Positions 22,229-36,900 of a stretch of 64,000 bases of DNA are shown here, in pieces. A program made the translations under genes and the position numbers. How positions within the stretch are numbered: position 1 is the first letter of the stretch; every line of letters begins with the position of its first letter. Source of the DNA: Amphiscolops sp. MND2022 (lineage: Eukaryota); contig OZ076419.1 in the NCBI GenBank assembly GCA_964187785.1, positions 44,640,001 to 44,704,000 of the forward strand, written 5' to 3'. Below the pieces are notes generated by a model that ran no database searches, was not told the origin of the DNA, and worked only from the letters and a program-made list of their open reading frames with translations.

Positions 22229-25200
22229 TTAATGATTCTGCGACCACGCTGGCAACGGATGACTTAACAGGGAGGCCAAATACCGATTTCTGTCATTGGG
22301 TTTGAATGCTGAAAAAACAATACGGCATGTTCATGCATGATACAACATAAATAGCTCGTCAATTGAACTATGTGTCACTAAGTGTCAGTCACAGAGAACT
22401 AAGTGTATCACAAACTTAATAAGCCCTCACTCAAACTAAGTTTCATTAGGCGGATTCCGACTTACTCGTTTCTCGTGGAATCTTGGCAATTTTTGCCTTC
22501 GAATATTTGGGGCCGAGAATTGGCTTCATCGTCTCCAAGAAGGTGGGATGTACTAGACATATCACATCAACGGTGTCAATGAGGGTGTCGCGATAGGGAA
22601 TATCATCCACGTTCTCGTGCGTTTTCGCTGTGAGGGTCTCTAGCTTATCATCGTCAATTGCGCTTTGGGGAATCAGCTCGCCTGCTTCATTTTTCCTTGT
22701 CCATGGTTTCGGGGTGAATGCCACGAGAAAAAGTTCGCTGATATACCCCAAACAAGGCACACGGGGATCATTGGAAAATGTGCGCCGGGTACAAATCATC
22801 TCATCCAGCTTAGCCCTCGTGAACGCAGGATAGAACTAGAGTAAACGTAAACTATTATATTTTTTTAAAAAATCTTCGAAAATAAGTTATGAGTTTCAAA
22901 TTACCAGATGCTCATCACAGTTCGTAAATTTTGCTTAACGTTCAACGTAAAAATCCTGAAAAATTCAAATGCGTAAAATTTTGTAGAAATCATACGTAAA
23001 ACTCCTAACAATTTCAAAATTGTAAAAAAGTATTCCAGTCAAGAAATTGGGCCATGTACAAATCAGTCAACTATTAGGCTGTTCAGGATTAGGTTAACCC
23101 ATAATGTCATGCTGTCTTCAATACCTGTTTCGCTTCCTCTTCGCGGTAACGAAGGTCAATGCATCTGTGCACTCGCATTAGAGCCTGAGTGACAATGCAA
23201 CGCTCTGCTGCTTTAAGGAGAAGAATTGCCAACATTTCCATGAGGTTTTGAAATTTAAAACGGTCTGGCAAGGCATCCTCCTCTGCAATTGCCTTGCAAA
23301 TTTCGTCAGAATGGCCCTCTGCTAGGAAGTTGGTACCAATGGCAACTGTATCCGATCGCGTCAAGACAAAATGCAGAAATTGTGCAGGCATTGCAAAAAT
23401 GTCTCCTGGTCGCAAAGTGACTCTCAGACATCCTCCTTCGAGGTGACGATGGCATGCAAAGAACGAGTGGCTAAACGAAAAACCTCGATTTCAACAAGTC
23501 ATTGTAAATATTAATAACGTGGTGCGTTTCAAGCTTCTATATAGATAAAATTTGTTTGTTTTGTGCATTACAGTGCATTGACAAACTTAATTTTTACAGA
23601 CACATGTTTGTGCGTGTAACCACTTACAACTGAAATAACTGAAACACTAGAATAAAGTATTCATTGAAAGTGAAATGGGAGGTTCTAAATACATCTGCTT
23701 ATTCAAAAAATTGACGTGTACACATGCAGGGGGCTTCAAGGGTAAGTTATTTTGTCTTCGATTTTTTGTGTTTTCTGTGTAAAAAAATTTTTGACCGTTT
23801 TTGTCGTACGTCATAGAGAAACAACTGAACATCATTAACATTAGAACTTTTTAGTTTAAAAATCATTAATTTGTTCGATTTTTTGTGAGAAAAGGAAAAA
23901 AAACAACTCACGTTTCATCGGTTTGTTGTTGGAACCAGTCGTCAAAAAGTTTCAGGTTCTTCTCTGTGGGGGCGATCAGAAAGAAAATTTTTTCGCCTGT
24001 CAAGACGGTATATAGAACCGAGGTGGCACTAAAATCTTGGTGCCAAAAAGTTTGGCATCCATCCTGTGATAGCAACAGATAATAGCTGGTCCCACTGGCA
24101 AAAGGTTCTGTTCGTGACATGTTAATACTTGCATCAAGAAAATGGGCCATTGAAGTTCGTTTGACCATGTCCGGAACCTTGTACAGTTTCTGGAAAAATA
24201 AAATGAGGTTCCTCAAGATGAAAAAGTAACATTAGTGGTACTTCTAAATGTGTAATTTGATGTATTGTTTCTTTTGTTTACCTTCGGTTTCATTTGAATA
24301 TCGATAACATTGAGGGGGTAGTATTCACTCAAACGATCGTCCTTCAGAAGATCTGACTTCACCTCTGTATAATTCAGGTTTCGTGTCTAAAATAAATACA
24401 CGTGGAATTTATACGAACTGTAAAAAGCAACCTGAAAAAATATGTGAATTCAAATCTTTCTTCAGGTTGCTCTTCACAGTTCGCAAAACACTTACCATAT
24501 AAACTAGTAGATTTTGCAAAGTGTTTAGTAAGTGTTTTGCGAACTGTGAAGAGCAACTTGAAGAAAGATTACGATACTTTAGCCGCATCGAACTAGCAAG
24601 ATCTTGTTAGATCAATAATTAGCAATTAACAACGCGTTATTTATTCAAATACTCATTACTTTTCGATACTCATGAGAAAAATTCTAAATTTGATACAAAA
24701 GATTTGCCAGTCACATTTGGTGAAATATTACTTACCTGGCCAATCTTTGCTGATTTGACGTTGATTTCAAGATCCTTGTCCAGCAGATTTTCCTCTGTTA
24801 AAAGCATTTCGACAAATTGCTTGAACTCAGATGAATCTGTGTTGGATTGGTGCTGTGGGTTTGATAGACGAGGCAGTTTGAGTCCGTCACAGTGATTGGT
24901 TCCATCGCGCCAAACAATTGGGACACTGTGTCTAATGAGGGCATTGAATTTGGTAACATGGTTGCTGACATTTCCATGCCACATGGCAACAGGGAAGTTG
25001 CTCTCCAATTGTACGTTGGTGCAAAAGTCGAAAAATGCGGTTGTTCCAAAAACATCAGGGGGCATGTCTGTGTATTGGGTTGACAAACAATACGAATCGG
25101 CTGATGGAGAAAGACGTGAGGAGGAACTCGGCGAATCAAAAGCAGTGTCCACTTTACTCTTGCATTGAGCGTGCTTTAGAAGATGTGTCTTCAAATCATA

Positions 25201-25709
25201 GGAAAACACATAGCTTTTCCCGCAGCCATGGCAGATGTTGGGACTTCGTTTTACGCCTCTCGCTGCCTCTGTAACATGGAAAGTTTTTAATCAAAATATA
25301 GTACAGTTTTTCGACGTGGAATTTGATATTATAGAGATGACACAAATAACTTATTTTGAAGATAGTTATTGTCTTTTATTTCAGTTTTTTGCAGTATAGT
25401 TTTGTATTTCATGGTTCATGGAGATGATATATAGAGGTACTCACTATAGTTGTACATTGTGATAGGAATTCCAGCACGTTTGCGAGCAGACTGTCGTTGG
25501 CAGTATGCTGTCGCCCAGTGACTTTTCAACAGTTTCTTGCCCATTAATAATTGCCCACACCGTGGGCACGTTCGTTCCTGCAATTTCCACTCTTCAAGTG
25601 GCATGCGGTGGCATGCACTTGACTGGTGACGTTTTATATTTGAGCTTTTATTGGATTTGTAGTCACATCGGCCTTGACCACATGCAATCATTTCTTGTCT
25701 GCAGCTCAT
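22229..25709 (-). CDS. Zinc-finger + JmjC protein, copy 2 (~630-650 aa)
   Basis: Exons 25709-25445, 25268-24736, 24362-24282, 24189-23912, 23470-23125, then 22835 onward (acceptor ctctag, phase 0). Either stops at 22446 or uses the GTAAGT donor after 22466 to reach exon 22308-22229. Confidence 0.75.
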
Positions 25710-26195
25710 GACAACTAAAAAGGATCATTGTTAGCGTTACCTTTTCAAAAATGATCATGATAAGGTCATAGGGACCTCTTCGTCAAAATTATGTGGTCAC
25801 ATGGACCTTGTAAAAAATATGCGGTCATAGGGACCGTGGCAAAATTATGTGGTCATAGGGACCTCTTGTAAAAATTATGTGGTCATAGGGACCGTGGCAA
25901 AAATAATGTGGTCATAGGGACCTCTTCGTCAAAATTATGCGGTCATAGGGACCTTGTCGTCAAATTATGTGGTCATAGGGACCTTGGCAAAGTCATGTGG
26001 TCATAGGGAGCTCTTCGGCAAAACTACGTGGTCATAAGGACCTTGTCGTCAAATTATGTGGTCATGGGGACCGTGGCAAAAATAATGTGGTCATAGGGAC
26101 CTCTTCGGCAAAACTACGTGGTCATAAGGACCTTGTCAACAAATTAGGCAGTATACAAAAATAGTTCAGTGATGGTCATTGCGACCTTGTCAAAT

Positions 26196-29100
26196 TTATG
26201 TGGTCATAGGGACCTTGTTACAATGATATACAAAAGAGTTTCGTTTTCTATTTTCCTGATTTCCCTCTTCTTCGTTAATCCTCGTCTTCATTGTCTGTCT
26301 CTTAACCGCATTCTTGTATTTCCGCATGGCTGTGTGATATGTGATCAAATTAGCAGAGGCAATAGTTGGATGTGATGATTGGCGCTGTAACTGGGGGGCA
26401 ACTGATTGGTATCGTATCTTCCTGAAGCTGGACTTGGCGGACATATCTACTTGGATGATATACTCTTTTGGATCCACTAGTGACTTTTTTTCTGAACATT
26501 TGAAGATAAATTCTGCGTTGATGTAGATCCAATTTCCAAGTGTTGTATGATAGAACGCCTTGGTCGATGATGTATCTTTGATCACTTGGTTGCAGGTGAA
26601 GGAATCAATGGATCGACGATTAGGTAATACACAGTAATGATGGCTCAAAAAACTCAGCTTACTTCTGTTGACAATGTCGGTATTATTGAGAACAGTGCCA
26701 CCATTTTCTGTGATTGTTTTTTCGATACTGGCCTGAGTTTGCCTTATGTTACCATATGTCCCGAGAACAATAAAAGTCATACATCTAAAAATTTCGGCGG
26801 TTCTATGGAAGTCAAGAACGGGCTCTATGATAGGTTCGCGGCAAATTTCGAGATACGATTTAACATCATCTTCATTTGAAAGTCGATATCGACGAAGTAA
26901 ATCGGCCTTTGAGGAGCAGAAGTCAACAGCACGCAGGAAGGAGAACTGAATGTCGAGGAAATTTGAGGACATGTTCCATGCGTCATTTCCTCCATCTCTC
27001 ATAGTCTTTGAGTTATAATCCTTGCTGGCAGTATGGTGACTTTTTTCAGTGCCTTCTGTCATGTAATGAAATGGGGACAAGATCTCACCTTTTTCGTAAA
27101 TTCTGAGCAGCATATCGATTTTCAGTTTGTATGGTGTTAGACCGCGATCTCCAAACAAACACAATGTGCACTGATAATATGTTTCATAAAGGTTTTTGCA
27201 CTTCTGGAGGTCAGTGATCTCTCGTTGCCGAAGCAATTCAAGTAGTTGAAATAAAGATTGAAATTGGAGATCAGCTAACTTTCTGACTGAGATTCCAATA
27301 CCTTTTGTGAACTGTGTTTCCAATCCGCCAACTAGTGATATGAGAACATTGTAGGGCGTGTTTGGTTGTGTTTGGTCTGATTTATATACATGTGGAGTTT
27401 GAAAAGAAAAAACTCCTTCGAAGAGTGGATTATCAACCCGCCCAAAGTCTCTGGTCCTTGTACAGTCAGAAATAATGACCTCCGCATCTCGAAAGCTCAA
27501 AGACACAGCTTTACAGAGCTTGTCGACTATTCCGAATTTGAATCTTGGGGGCTTGACATTCCGTTCTGTTATATTACACTCAAGTCTTCCTATTGCTGTG
27601 TGATCTTTTGATGATACCAGTGAATCAACGTGTAGTTTGAGATCATTTTCAACTGAGCGAACAATCATATGAAGGACATCTGGACATGTATTAAACGTGG
27701 ACTTCAGGAAAAGAAGAGACTCGCTGGGAAGTTGCTCGGAGATATCGAATTTCAATTCTGTTCGTCGGCCGGTGGCACAATCTATTGTAGATGGGAGAAT
27801 CACACCCTTCGATTCAAGGTCTTTCGTATAGGTACTGTCTTTTTTCGCCTTCTGTCTGGAACCTGTAGTGTTGGAAACAGCTATTGGATCAGGCAAATAA
27901 AGGCACATTTTGGAGTGACATGATGCATCACTGCTGACTCCCTTCAACATTCGTAACTGGAACGGCGAATCGCCCGAACAACTCAGAATAGCCCCCTCAT
28001 CATGCAGGGCTTTTGTCTCGTTGTACAACCATCCGTGTCTACCAAGCGTCTCTGACATAGTGAGGTTGTATTCCAAATTGATTCGCACATCCTTGCCCTA
28101 TTCAAAATACATTGCATAAGCATGGGTAAGAACATACAAACATAATAAAATTTAATACAGTAACAAAATTTAAAAATTACTCAAGAAGGTTCGTAAAACA
28201 TTTCCTTTGTATTAGAAGATTGCTCAAGACAGTTTGTAAAACATTTTATTTGTGATAGAAGATTGCATAGAAGATTGCTCAAGACAGTTCGTAAAAAATT
28301 TTCTTTGTTTTAGACGAGTGCTCAAAACAGTTCGCAAAGAATGATCTTTTATTTAAAGACTGCTCAAGACAGTTCGTGAAAACACAATCCTTCTATAAAA
28401 GAATACTCCAACTATTTCGTGAAAACGTAACTTACATCAAACACTGCGAATGTGAAGACATGTGTTGAAGACTGTTCAGATTCTATTCCACTATCTAGGA
28501 TACGGAACGCCATTCTAACGACATCGCGGTTTCCTCGAGACATTGCATCTCCGTATATATCAACTCTCCTGAAAGGGTGGTCTTTTTATAGAGATTGCAC
28601 GCAACAAACTTTACGAATTTGACAAGATTGACTCGGAAACCAGTTGGGGTTCGCGATGGATTGAGTATTGATCGGAAATCTTTATGCAATCTCGAGTTGA
28701 CAGTCTCCAGTTCAAGTCTCGATGGGAGGATTGATGCTTTCATAAATGGACATTTAGTGAGCTGACGTAGTTTGACTATAAGATCTTTGGGGTTGCTCAA
28801 ACTAAGAAGACATTGGATGGAAATTTGGATGTCTTCTCTGTCATTGCCAAATAAATTAGGTAGTAACAAATGTAAAAGCATGTTAACAATAGGATTTTTT
28901 CGTTTTGACACTGTTTTCTGGTTAACCAAAAATTCATTCAAGGTCGTGCTGAATTTTTCAAGAACTTCTGCGGAATCTGAAAGCAGCTTGAAGCAATTGG
29001 TCCAAAACTCTCCAGTATTCTCGAAAGTGTCCGGACCTAATACATGTTTCAGTTGTCGATACGATACATTTGTAATATTGTTGGGTAACAACTTTGGATC

Positions 29101-29908
29101 AAGAATTGACGAAGCATGTTGGAGTGAGTGATTTGTAGTCGTATCATTAGTTTGGAAGGTGGGTGAACTCAATGTATTTGTTGCAGAAGGTTTGAAACTG
29201 ATCTGGTTCATCGGTCGGGTAACGTGAAGCTGGGGTGACTCCCTAATTGATGAGGTATCAATTGTCGAAAAAGAGGTACAATTTTGATTTGAAGGTATAG
29301 GAAAAGAAGGATAAAACTGTCGTAAAAAGGTTTCTCTTTCAGTCGTCCAAGGTAACAGCGATGGAGGGGCTGATATCATTAACATGTCAAAAATGTCTTC
29401 TCGTAAAAGTGCACATCTTTCTATTTTAACACCATGGGGTTTGTACTCGTCCTCAATGTTTACACTTGTACCTGTAACAAAATACACAACGTCAATGATA
29501 AAATTCAATATATTCAAAAGCAAATAGCCAAAACAAAAAGCTTAGAAACCATGGATCATCAATATCAATATACTGAAGATGTCTAATGATTCATTACGAT
29601 ACATGAGCCGCAAAAGTGAATTTTTATCATCAAGTGTAGTATGTTTTCAGTGTAAAATAGTCTCCAACCGTATTTTAGTCAAGGAGTGTAACGTGTATCA
29701 GCTATTTTATTGCGTATTTCAGTCGATGTAAGTTACCTGCATATTGTTTGATAAGAAATGTTCTGATTTTTCGTCGATCATTTGCGTTCAAACATCCATT
29801 CTTTTCCAGTGGGAAAATCGCCGGGAATAGATCGTTCAAGAACAAAAGCTTCACGTACTTCGTGTCGTCAGAAACGACCATAGGTTTTTGGAGTTGACTT
29901 GGTGACAT
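26196..29908 (-). pseudogene. Transposase-BRCT gene, copy 2, frameshifted
   Basis: 4-bp deletion at 28568/28569 (copy 1 ctctcacacctga versus ctctcctga) shifts the frame just before the first putative catalytic Asp. Confidence 0.8.
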
Positions 29909-30402
29909 TTCAAACTAAAACAAAAGGGGAATGTCAGCTAAATTAAAGGGAGATAACTGATGTCATTTTCGAAGTTTTCTTTTTTCTTTATGATTCGAAG
30001 TTTTCGTTTTCGAAGTATTCATTTTATGATAAGATGATGTATACATAAAACATAATTCATAGTAATATAGATAGTATAATCATATTATATAACATAGAAA
30101 TATATATAAAATCATAGTTCTAAGAGTTTGAAAAGTTTGCAGACTTTGGTGGTTGAGAGGGTTACAGAGGTTGAAGGCAGAAGGGTAATGTTCAAATAAT
30201 AAATCGGCCAAAATAAAAGAAAGGTCACTGACATAATAAGAAGAAGGACCTGGTGTCGGTTTCGAAATGAATATATGATGGTGTGTACATAAAACATGAT
30301 TCATAGTAATATAGATAGTATATATCATAGTAAATATCATAGAAATATACATAATATCATAGTTCAATGAGTTTTAAGAAAAGTTTGCAGAGGTAAGAAG
30401 CA

Positions 30403-33393
30403 TTACGATACAGAAGTTGAAGGCTGGGAGGTTGTTACAGAGGCAGGCACAGAGGCCGAATTTTGGGTTGTCACAGAGGTTGTGGGCTGGGAGGTTGTTA
30501 CAGAGACAGGCAGAGAGGTCGAAGGTTGGGAGGGTCCCACAGAGGGTGCAGGTCTATGAAGGAGTGGCTGTTGAAATTCTGTTCGACATTTTGGATCGTT
30601 ATAATCAAAGCAAAGTTCCTCGAGTGCATCGATTCGCCGTTTAGCAATGAAAAGAATGACATCTTTTCCGTTAAGAACCAATCTCCGTGCTCTCACGTTA
30701 CACTGGGCATGATTGGATGGTCTATAATTAAGTAGACGCCCAAAGGTTCTTCGTCCGGGATGGCAATCACATGTTTCTAAGGTGGCATCAAAAACTATGT
30801 CCCCACAGTCCAGAATGTACTGTGTGTTCTCGCGTCTAGAGAGGACTCTCTGGGATATGATAACATCAGTGTGATAATCACATAAGATTTCTGATTCGTT
30901 GACCTTAGTCGTTGTGATAACTCCTCTTCCAAAAGTGCCGTTGGTGAAAGCGATCCGCTCTTGGACTTGAAGGAAGGGCCAATCTTGGTCAGCAAGGAAT
31001 TGAGAAACCTTTGAAATGTTACAAACTGTTAAAGTGGATTTACAGAAAAACATGCCCATGCCTCTGTGTGGAAGTGCTTCACTGGGGTCTTCTACGGGTG
31101 TGTTACGCGTTGACCTTCTGGTTTCACTGGTTGATGCAGGCTTCCAAGAGGCTGAGACTTTGTCAACAATTCGTGCAACATCGTGCCACCCGCGGTTGCG
31201 TGTAAACTTTGCAATGTCGTCTTTAGATGGCTGGGTTGAACCAGTAAAAAAGTTCAATGCTTTCTCTACACGGAGATTGACGAGTTTGTACCTCATATGG
31301 TCGTTAATCTTTTCACCAAGTGTTTTGGCTGATTTCGCATCCATTTTTGTGTTTCGAATGATTGTTTTACTGCATTCTACGGGTGTCAGAACGACGGAAT
31401 CTACACTGGTTGGCATTTCGAAGAACTTCTTAACCTGAAATTGTGTAAAATGAGCAACTAAAAAAGAAATTGCTATCTACGGGTCACAAAAATTATGGTA
31501 AAGTTGCCAAATTTGCCAACCAGTGCCCTTGACATCGTAAAAATTGCTCTCGACAGGTCGAAAAAAGCCCTATATTAATCCTTTTGACATATCGTAGAAA
31601 TATTACTTACAGCATTGATGGTGGGAGATATGTTCCCTGTATTTGAATAGAAGATTTGCCTCTTTGAGTTCGGTGACATTTGCATCATATCGTTGTGAGA
31701 TAAACGTTTTCTTTTCGAGTGTTGAGGTTCGACATTTTCGTCGTTTTCTGGTGAAATTGCATTGGCGGGGGAAATGAGGACTTCTTCAGTGGCGAGCAAC
31801 GGTCGGGAGGAGATCGAAGCACCTAGTTTATCAATGGGAGCATTAGTTGATCGTCTTTTGGGTTTTGTGTGCGCGGCAGACATTTTAGTGTTGAAATTTT
31901 CACAGACTCGTGCGACATTGATCTGCTTGTTTCCATTCGAATTGTAAAAGAAAAGTTGGGTCATTTCTTGGACATTGGGGTCTGATATAACGGTGACTGG
32001 GAAACTTTCTTTTGTAAGCAATTTGAAACTATTGGTCCACTTTGGTCGGATATGTTTGAAATAAAAAAGAAGTACTTTATATTCAAACTTATTAAATTTC
32101 AGAGCAGTCCGATACTTGTACTTGTTGCCATCGGAGACACTGACGTATTTGAAACTGTTACCGTGGTCGACCATGTTCACGAAATCATATACAGTGAACC
32201 GCTTCAAAAGTCGGGATGGGTAGCTATTGATGTAACACCACATTATTACGATACACTGGAAGATTAGGAGGCAGTCTTCTTTATGAGGTGTTGTCTCAAA
32301 ATTGGTCACAAAATCAATATGGGAGCGACTGTCTGACCATTTCTGCATCATCGCTTCCCGCTCGTTGTCATGTGGAGTACCCATGTCAACATGTGGCGGA
32401 AAAAGTTGCGTGGGTTGAGGAAAGAACGGACTGACTTCTATTGGGACTGGGTGATTGCCGGGGTTACAGTTACTCGTAACAGGTCCCTGTCTTGATGGAG
32501 GGAAAAGCATAGTTCTGAAAGGTGGTTCTGATGGTATGGCGCGGTTCACATGATTGTTCTGGTTTGTTCGTACCGGGGTGGAGGCTACAGACGGTTGAAA
32601 CAATACAATTTGTTCCCCATTTACATCAGGAGGTGGGGTCTGTGCTGGTGCTGTACTTTGGCTTTGCAGGGTGGGTTGAGAATATTGAGTCACGAAATGT
32701 CCTTAAAAAAATCAATCGTCAATTTTGTACCGAAAATGATGATTCTCCTCACATGGTCAGACTTCATTACGATACATGAGTCGCAAAAGTGAATTTTTAT
32801 CATCAAGTGTAATATGTTTTCATTGTGAAATAGTTCGTTTCACCAAAAGTTTCACCAAAATATTTCACCAAAAAGTTCCTTTGTTTTCATAAAAATTTGC
32901 CAAGAAAGGTGTGAACTTCTTTCAAAAAAGTTAGGATGAAAATACAACATGGGTGTTTAGAAAAACATTCACCTGATTGTTGAGAAGCTCTTTGGGGGTA
33001 TGACTGCTGGTGATGGTGATCAGCAGCGGAGGATACTGAACTCGAAGAGGCAAATTCATATGGATCGAACGCAGACAGAACATGATATGTTTGGCAATTT
33101 CTAGCATGTTGCATATGATTCGTCGAAGAGGAGACATCATGATCATCATGATTATCATGATCGTCATGATGTTGCTGATGCGCCTTCAGTTGTTGATTTA
33201 TAATATTTTGGAGTTGAATGTGATTCGAATTAGACGAAGAATCAGAGGTTGACATTGTGAAAGACATATCATTGGTGGGAGCAGAATTAGATGACGCAAA
33301 TGCAGAGTTCGTCATTTGAAAGGTTGATGGTGGCAAAGTTTGCTGGGGGTGAGTGAGTTGTTGAAGGTGATGATTTGGAGCAGTGTTTGACAA
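30403..33393 (-). CDS. YR-like/SET gene, copy 2 (frames open)
   Basis: Same exons and splice sites; a few missense differences. Confidence 0.72.
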
Positions 33394-33925
33394 TGTAAAA
33401 GATGTTTGAATATATACACAAGGATTGAATTTCGCGTTGAGTCAAGCAGAGTTTGGAAATTCAGAAAATCTGATTTGAAAACGAGCAACAATTGAAAATG
33501 AGCAGCAAGCAAACTAACAAGAGGTTGGTAATTAGGATTGTTTATAAGTAAGTTGAGATGGCTAATTTGGTTCAAGTGAAAAAATGGGAATTGAATAATT
33601 AGGACTCAGAACAATAACAGACTCAAATCAAGCTGAAAAGTTTTCACCTTGATTTGAGTCTGTTATTATTCGGAGTCCGAATGAATACTAGTAAGTTGCT
33701 AATACTTATTAGGACTCAAAATGTTAGCAGTCTCAAATCAAGCTGAAAATGAGAATTTGTTCCCAAGTTCAATAGATTATTTGTTCTCACCGATGCAACA
33801 TTGGCGAAAGTGTTAAGCCTCAAATCGAGTAATAAAATTTTCGCCACTAATGAAGCATTCAAAGAACCTATAAAAAATCAAATATACAATCTATTCCAGT
33901 TGTCAACAAGTTTTCAAGTTGAATA

Positions 33926-36900
33926 ATGCAATTTTCCAAAGTTTTTCAATGCGGAAAACCATTACAATGCTTTGAGGAAGAATGTGGTCTTTGGCGATCT
34001 GCGTTTGTAAAAGAGTTCACCGGTACACATAAGGTAAGTTAATTTCTTTACAAACACTGTAAAAACTTGTAAATAGTTTTACAAACTGCCTTGAGCAATT
34101 TTAATAGCCGTGAATATAAAAATGTCTCAAGACAGTTTGTAAAAAGAGCATTCTTTGTTTACGTTTTTGACAGTGATACTTTGAAAAACTGGTCAGAACA
34201 GTTCGTGAAAAACATACAAAAGAATATAGAATAAGATTGTATAGTATAGGAATACAAAAGAAGAGAAATATATGAAAGAAAATAGTATAAAATTTTGTAT
34301 TATACTCTTTTATAAATTCCTAATCTTTTGTTCTTAACTTAGATAAACTCGTTTAAAAATTCACTTTTGCGGCTCATGTATCGTAATGAAATATAATGAG
34401 TAATAGAATTAGGGGGATTCCCAAATGGCCTTTCCTCAATGTTGCTACTCGTCGGAAGGGAGCGAAGCGCCCAAGTCATACAACAAATATAAGAATCTCT
34501 TCAGATAAAGACCTGAAAATAAACGCTGAAATGGAGTTTTTCGACGCGATGAATAGGTAACTTTGATTTCGACTCAATGAATAGCCTCCGTAGAATTATA
34601 AACTATCTGCCTATTTTTTTTGTATATCCTCAAAAATATCTAAAATATTAGGAATGTTGTATATACTTCAATTACTCAGTTCAATATGTATCAAAGTAAA
34701 ACTTCAGCTTTGGCTTTGCGACTGCTAGATGTTTTACGTTCGTAGAATTTCCGCACAGCAGAAAATGAAAGTTCGATCCCATACAGCAGAATATTTGTTT
34801 ATGCTGCTCGGATTGGCTGGAAATTGAAAATGAATTGAAATCAGTTAGTTGAAAACGCGTGACGGATTGTGTAGGAATTACATATAACGTTTTATTAGCC
34901 TAATATTAGCTACTCTATTACAGTCTACTCTAATCTGTATACTCAGTTAATGAGTATCTGTATTAGCTGAGCTGTAACAGCACTAAAAGCTAGTAATTCT
35001 TTTGACTGACAGTCATTGTATTGGATTGAATTATGTCGACCATAATTTTACGGGACCAAATTGGGACCAACGCAAACGATGTCGACACAATGATATTCGA
35101 ACCTTGTGACTTAATTGGGGGGAAGGGGGCGAAATGCACACATCGTCCATTTATTTCCCTGAACTCTATATGGGAATAAAGAATTTTCATTTTCGGTATG
35201 AAAATAAAATATTTTATGATCATTCTTTCAAGAAATTGTTTAAAATCTTTTTTGTTAAATAAAGCCCCCCCCCCACAATATGCCTTGAAATTTTAGATCC
35301 CTACAACTATCATCACGATACAGGAGCCGCAAAAGTGAATTTTTATCATCAAATAAACAGGAGAAAGTCATCATTTTTTTGAGTGCCTGCTGGAATTTCA
35401 TTATTTTTAGGGGTTTCCAGTTTTTTTTGAAAATTGGTAACATGCGTGTTCAATAAATGATTATGGGTAAACACTTCTACTCATTCTATTATTGTATTTT
35501 ATTTATTATTCATTGAATCTTTTATTTCAACAAAAAATAAATTATTTGAACACTCAAATGAATAAACCAATTATATTTGGACCAGTTAGAATAAAAAACA
35601 ATTATTCTTGAGATAACTAAAACTAAGAACGTTTAATTTAACTTATCGTCAGCGCATTAAATTCCCACTCAATTTATATTATTCCAATCAACGCAATTTG
35701 TTGAGCGATGCAAAATGACTAATTTTGCACTGCTGAACAAAGTGTGTTGATTGAATACTTGTAACCAATAGGATTTCAGTACTTTATAATATAAAGTTCT
35801 GAAATCGTATTGGTAACAAAGATCAGTGGCATAAATGGTAGAACACGAGGCTGTCGAGCTCTAAGACTGGGTTCAATTCCCGGTGATGAACATTTTTTTC
35901 AAGGGTCATGTATCACAACGTGCCCTAAAATATTTTGAAAAATAAATTTCAGGCTGGGAAAAATAATGAATTGTAAGTTTTTCCCCATAAACAATTGTTT
36001 TTATTCTCAGCTAAAAACGGATATCAGCAAAAACTTAAATTGTTGAACTAAGTTCTGAACATCGTAAATAGACCAATATTTGTTGTTAGCCATCAAACAA
36101 GTGGTATAAACTAAGTGATAGATCTTATAAATGTTTTTACCCACAAACATTGATTGAATACGCCTAGTTATTTGCATCTGATTTTCAATTTTTTGATAAA
36201 TTGAAATTGTTAACTAAGTACACGACAGCATTTACCAAAAAAAGATTGTTTAGTTTACATTTGTCCTTTACAGGCGAACGTGAAATGGTTTAATTATACG
36301 AGTAGGCACGCTGCTGGTACCATAGAATGTCCGCCCCAATTCTATGATTTTCCTGAAAAATGGCCGATCCGGAATAACGAGCCAATGATGTTAGGATACA
36401 GTAGAAAGACAGAGTTAGTGCTGAGCCTAGAAGTCCTAGGATACATGAAGGACAAGCGTGTAAGGAACGATAAGATTTTTTACACCCGATCATTAGACAA
36501 AGATGGACTGCTAACGGGAGATATCAAAGAGGGCTATGTGATGAAAAACGACCCTTTCCTTAAAAAAATGCTGGTATCCCCAATTATGGTACCCATTGTG
36601 GAAGGCAAATTTCTCGACGAGCAGCTTAAAGGAATTGATGTCACCACGATCTCATACTTCCAGCTTCGACCTGAACATTGTGAAACGTCCAGGAGAGGAA
36701 AGCACAAGAGAGCAACAGAGCAGCCGGAGGGAGAACGAGATGAAAGCGAGGACAAAGATGATCGATTCAACATTAGAATTCAGGTCCCATCGAAGAAGAC
36801 AAAAGTTGTCAAGCAAAAGCCTGCTCTTATTGGCGGACCATCTGACCCATTTCTGAATAAGCCCAATGGTCGCGTGAATCTTGTCTGCATACCCATTAGT

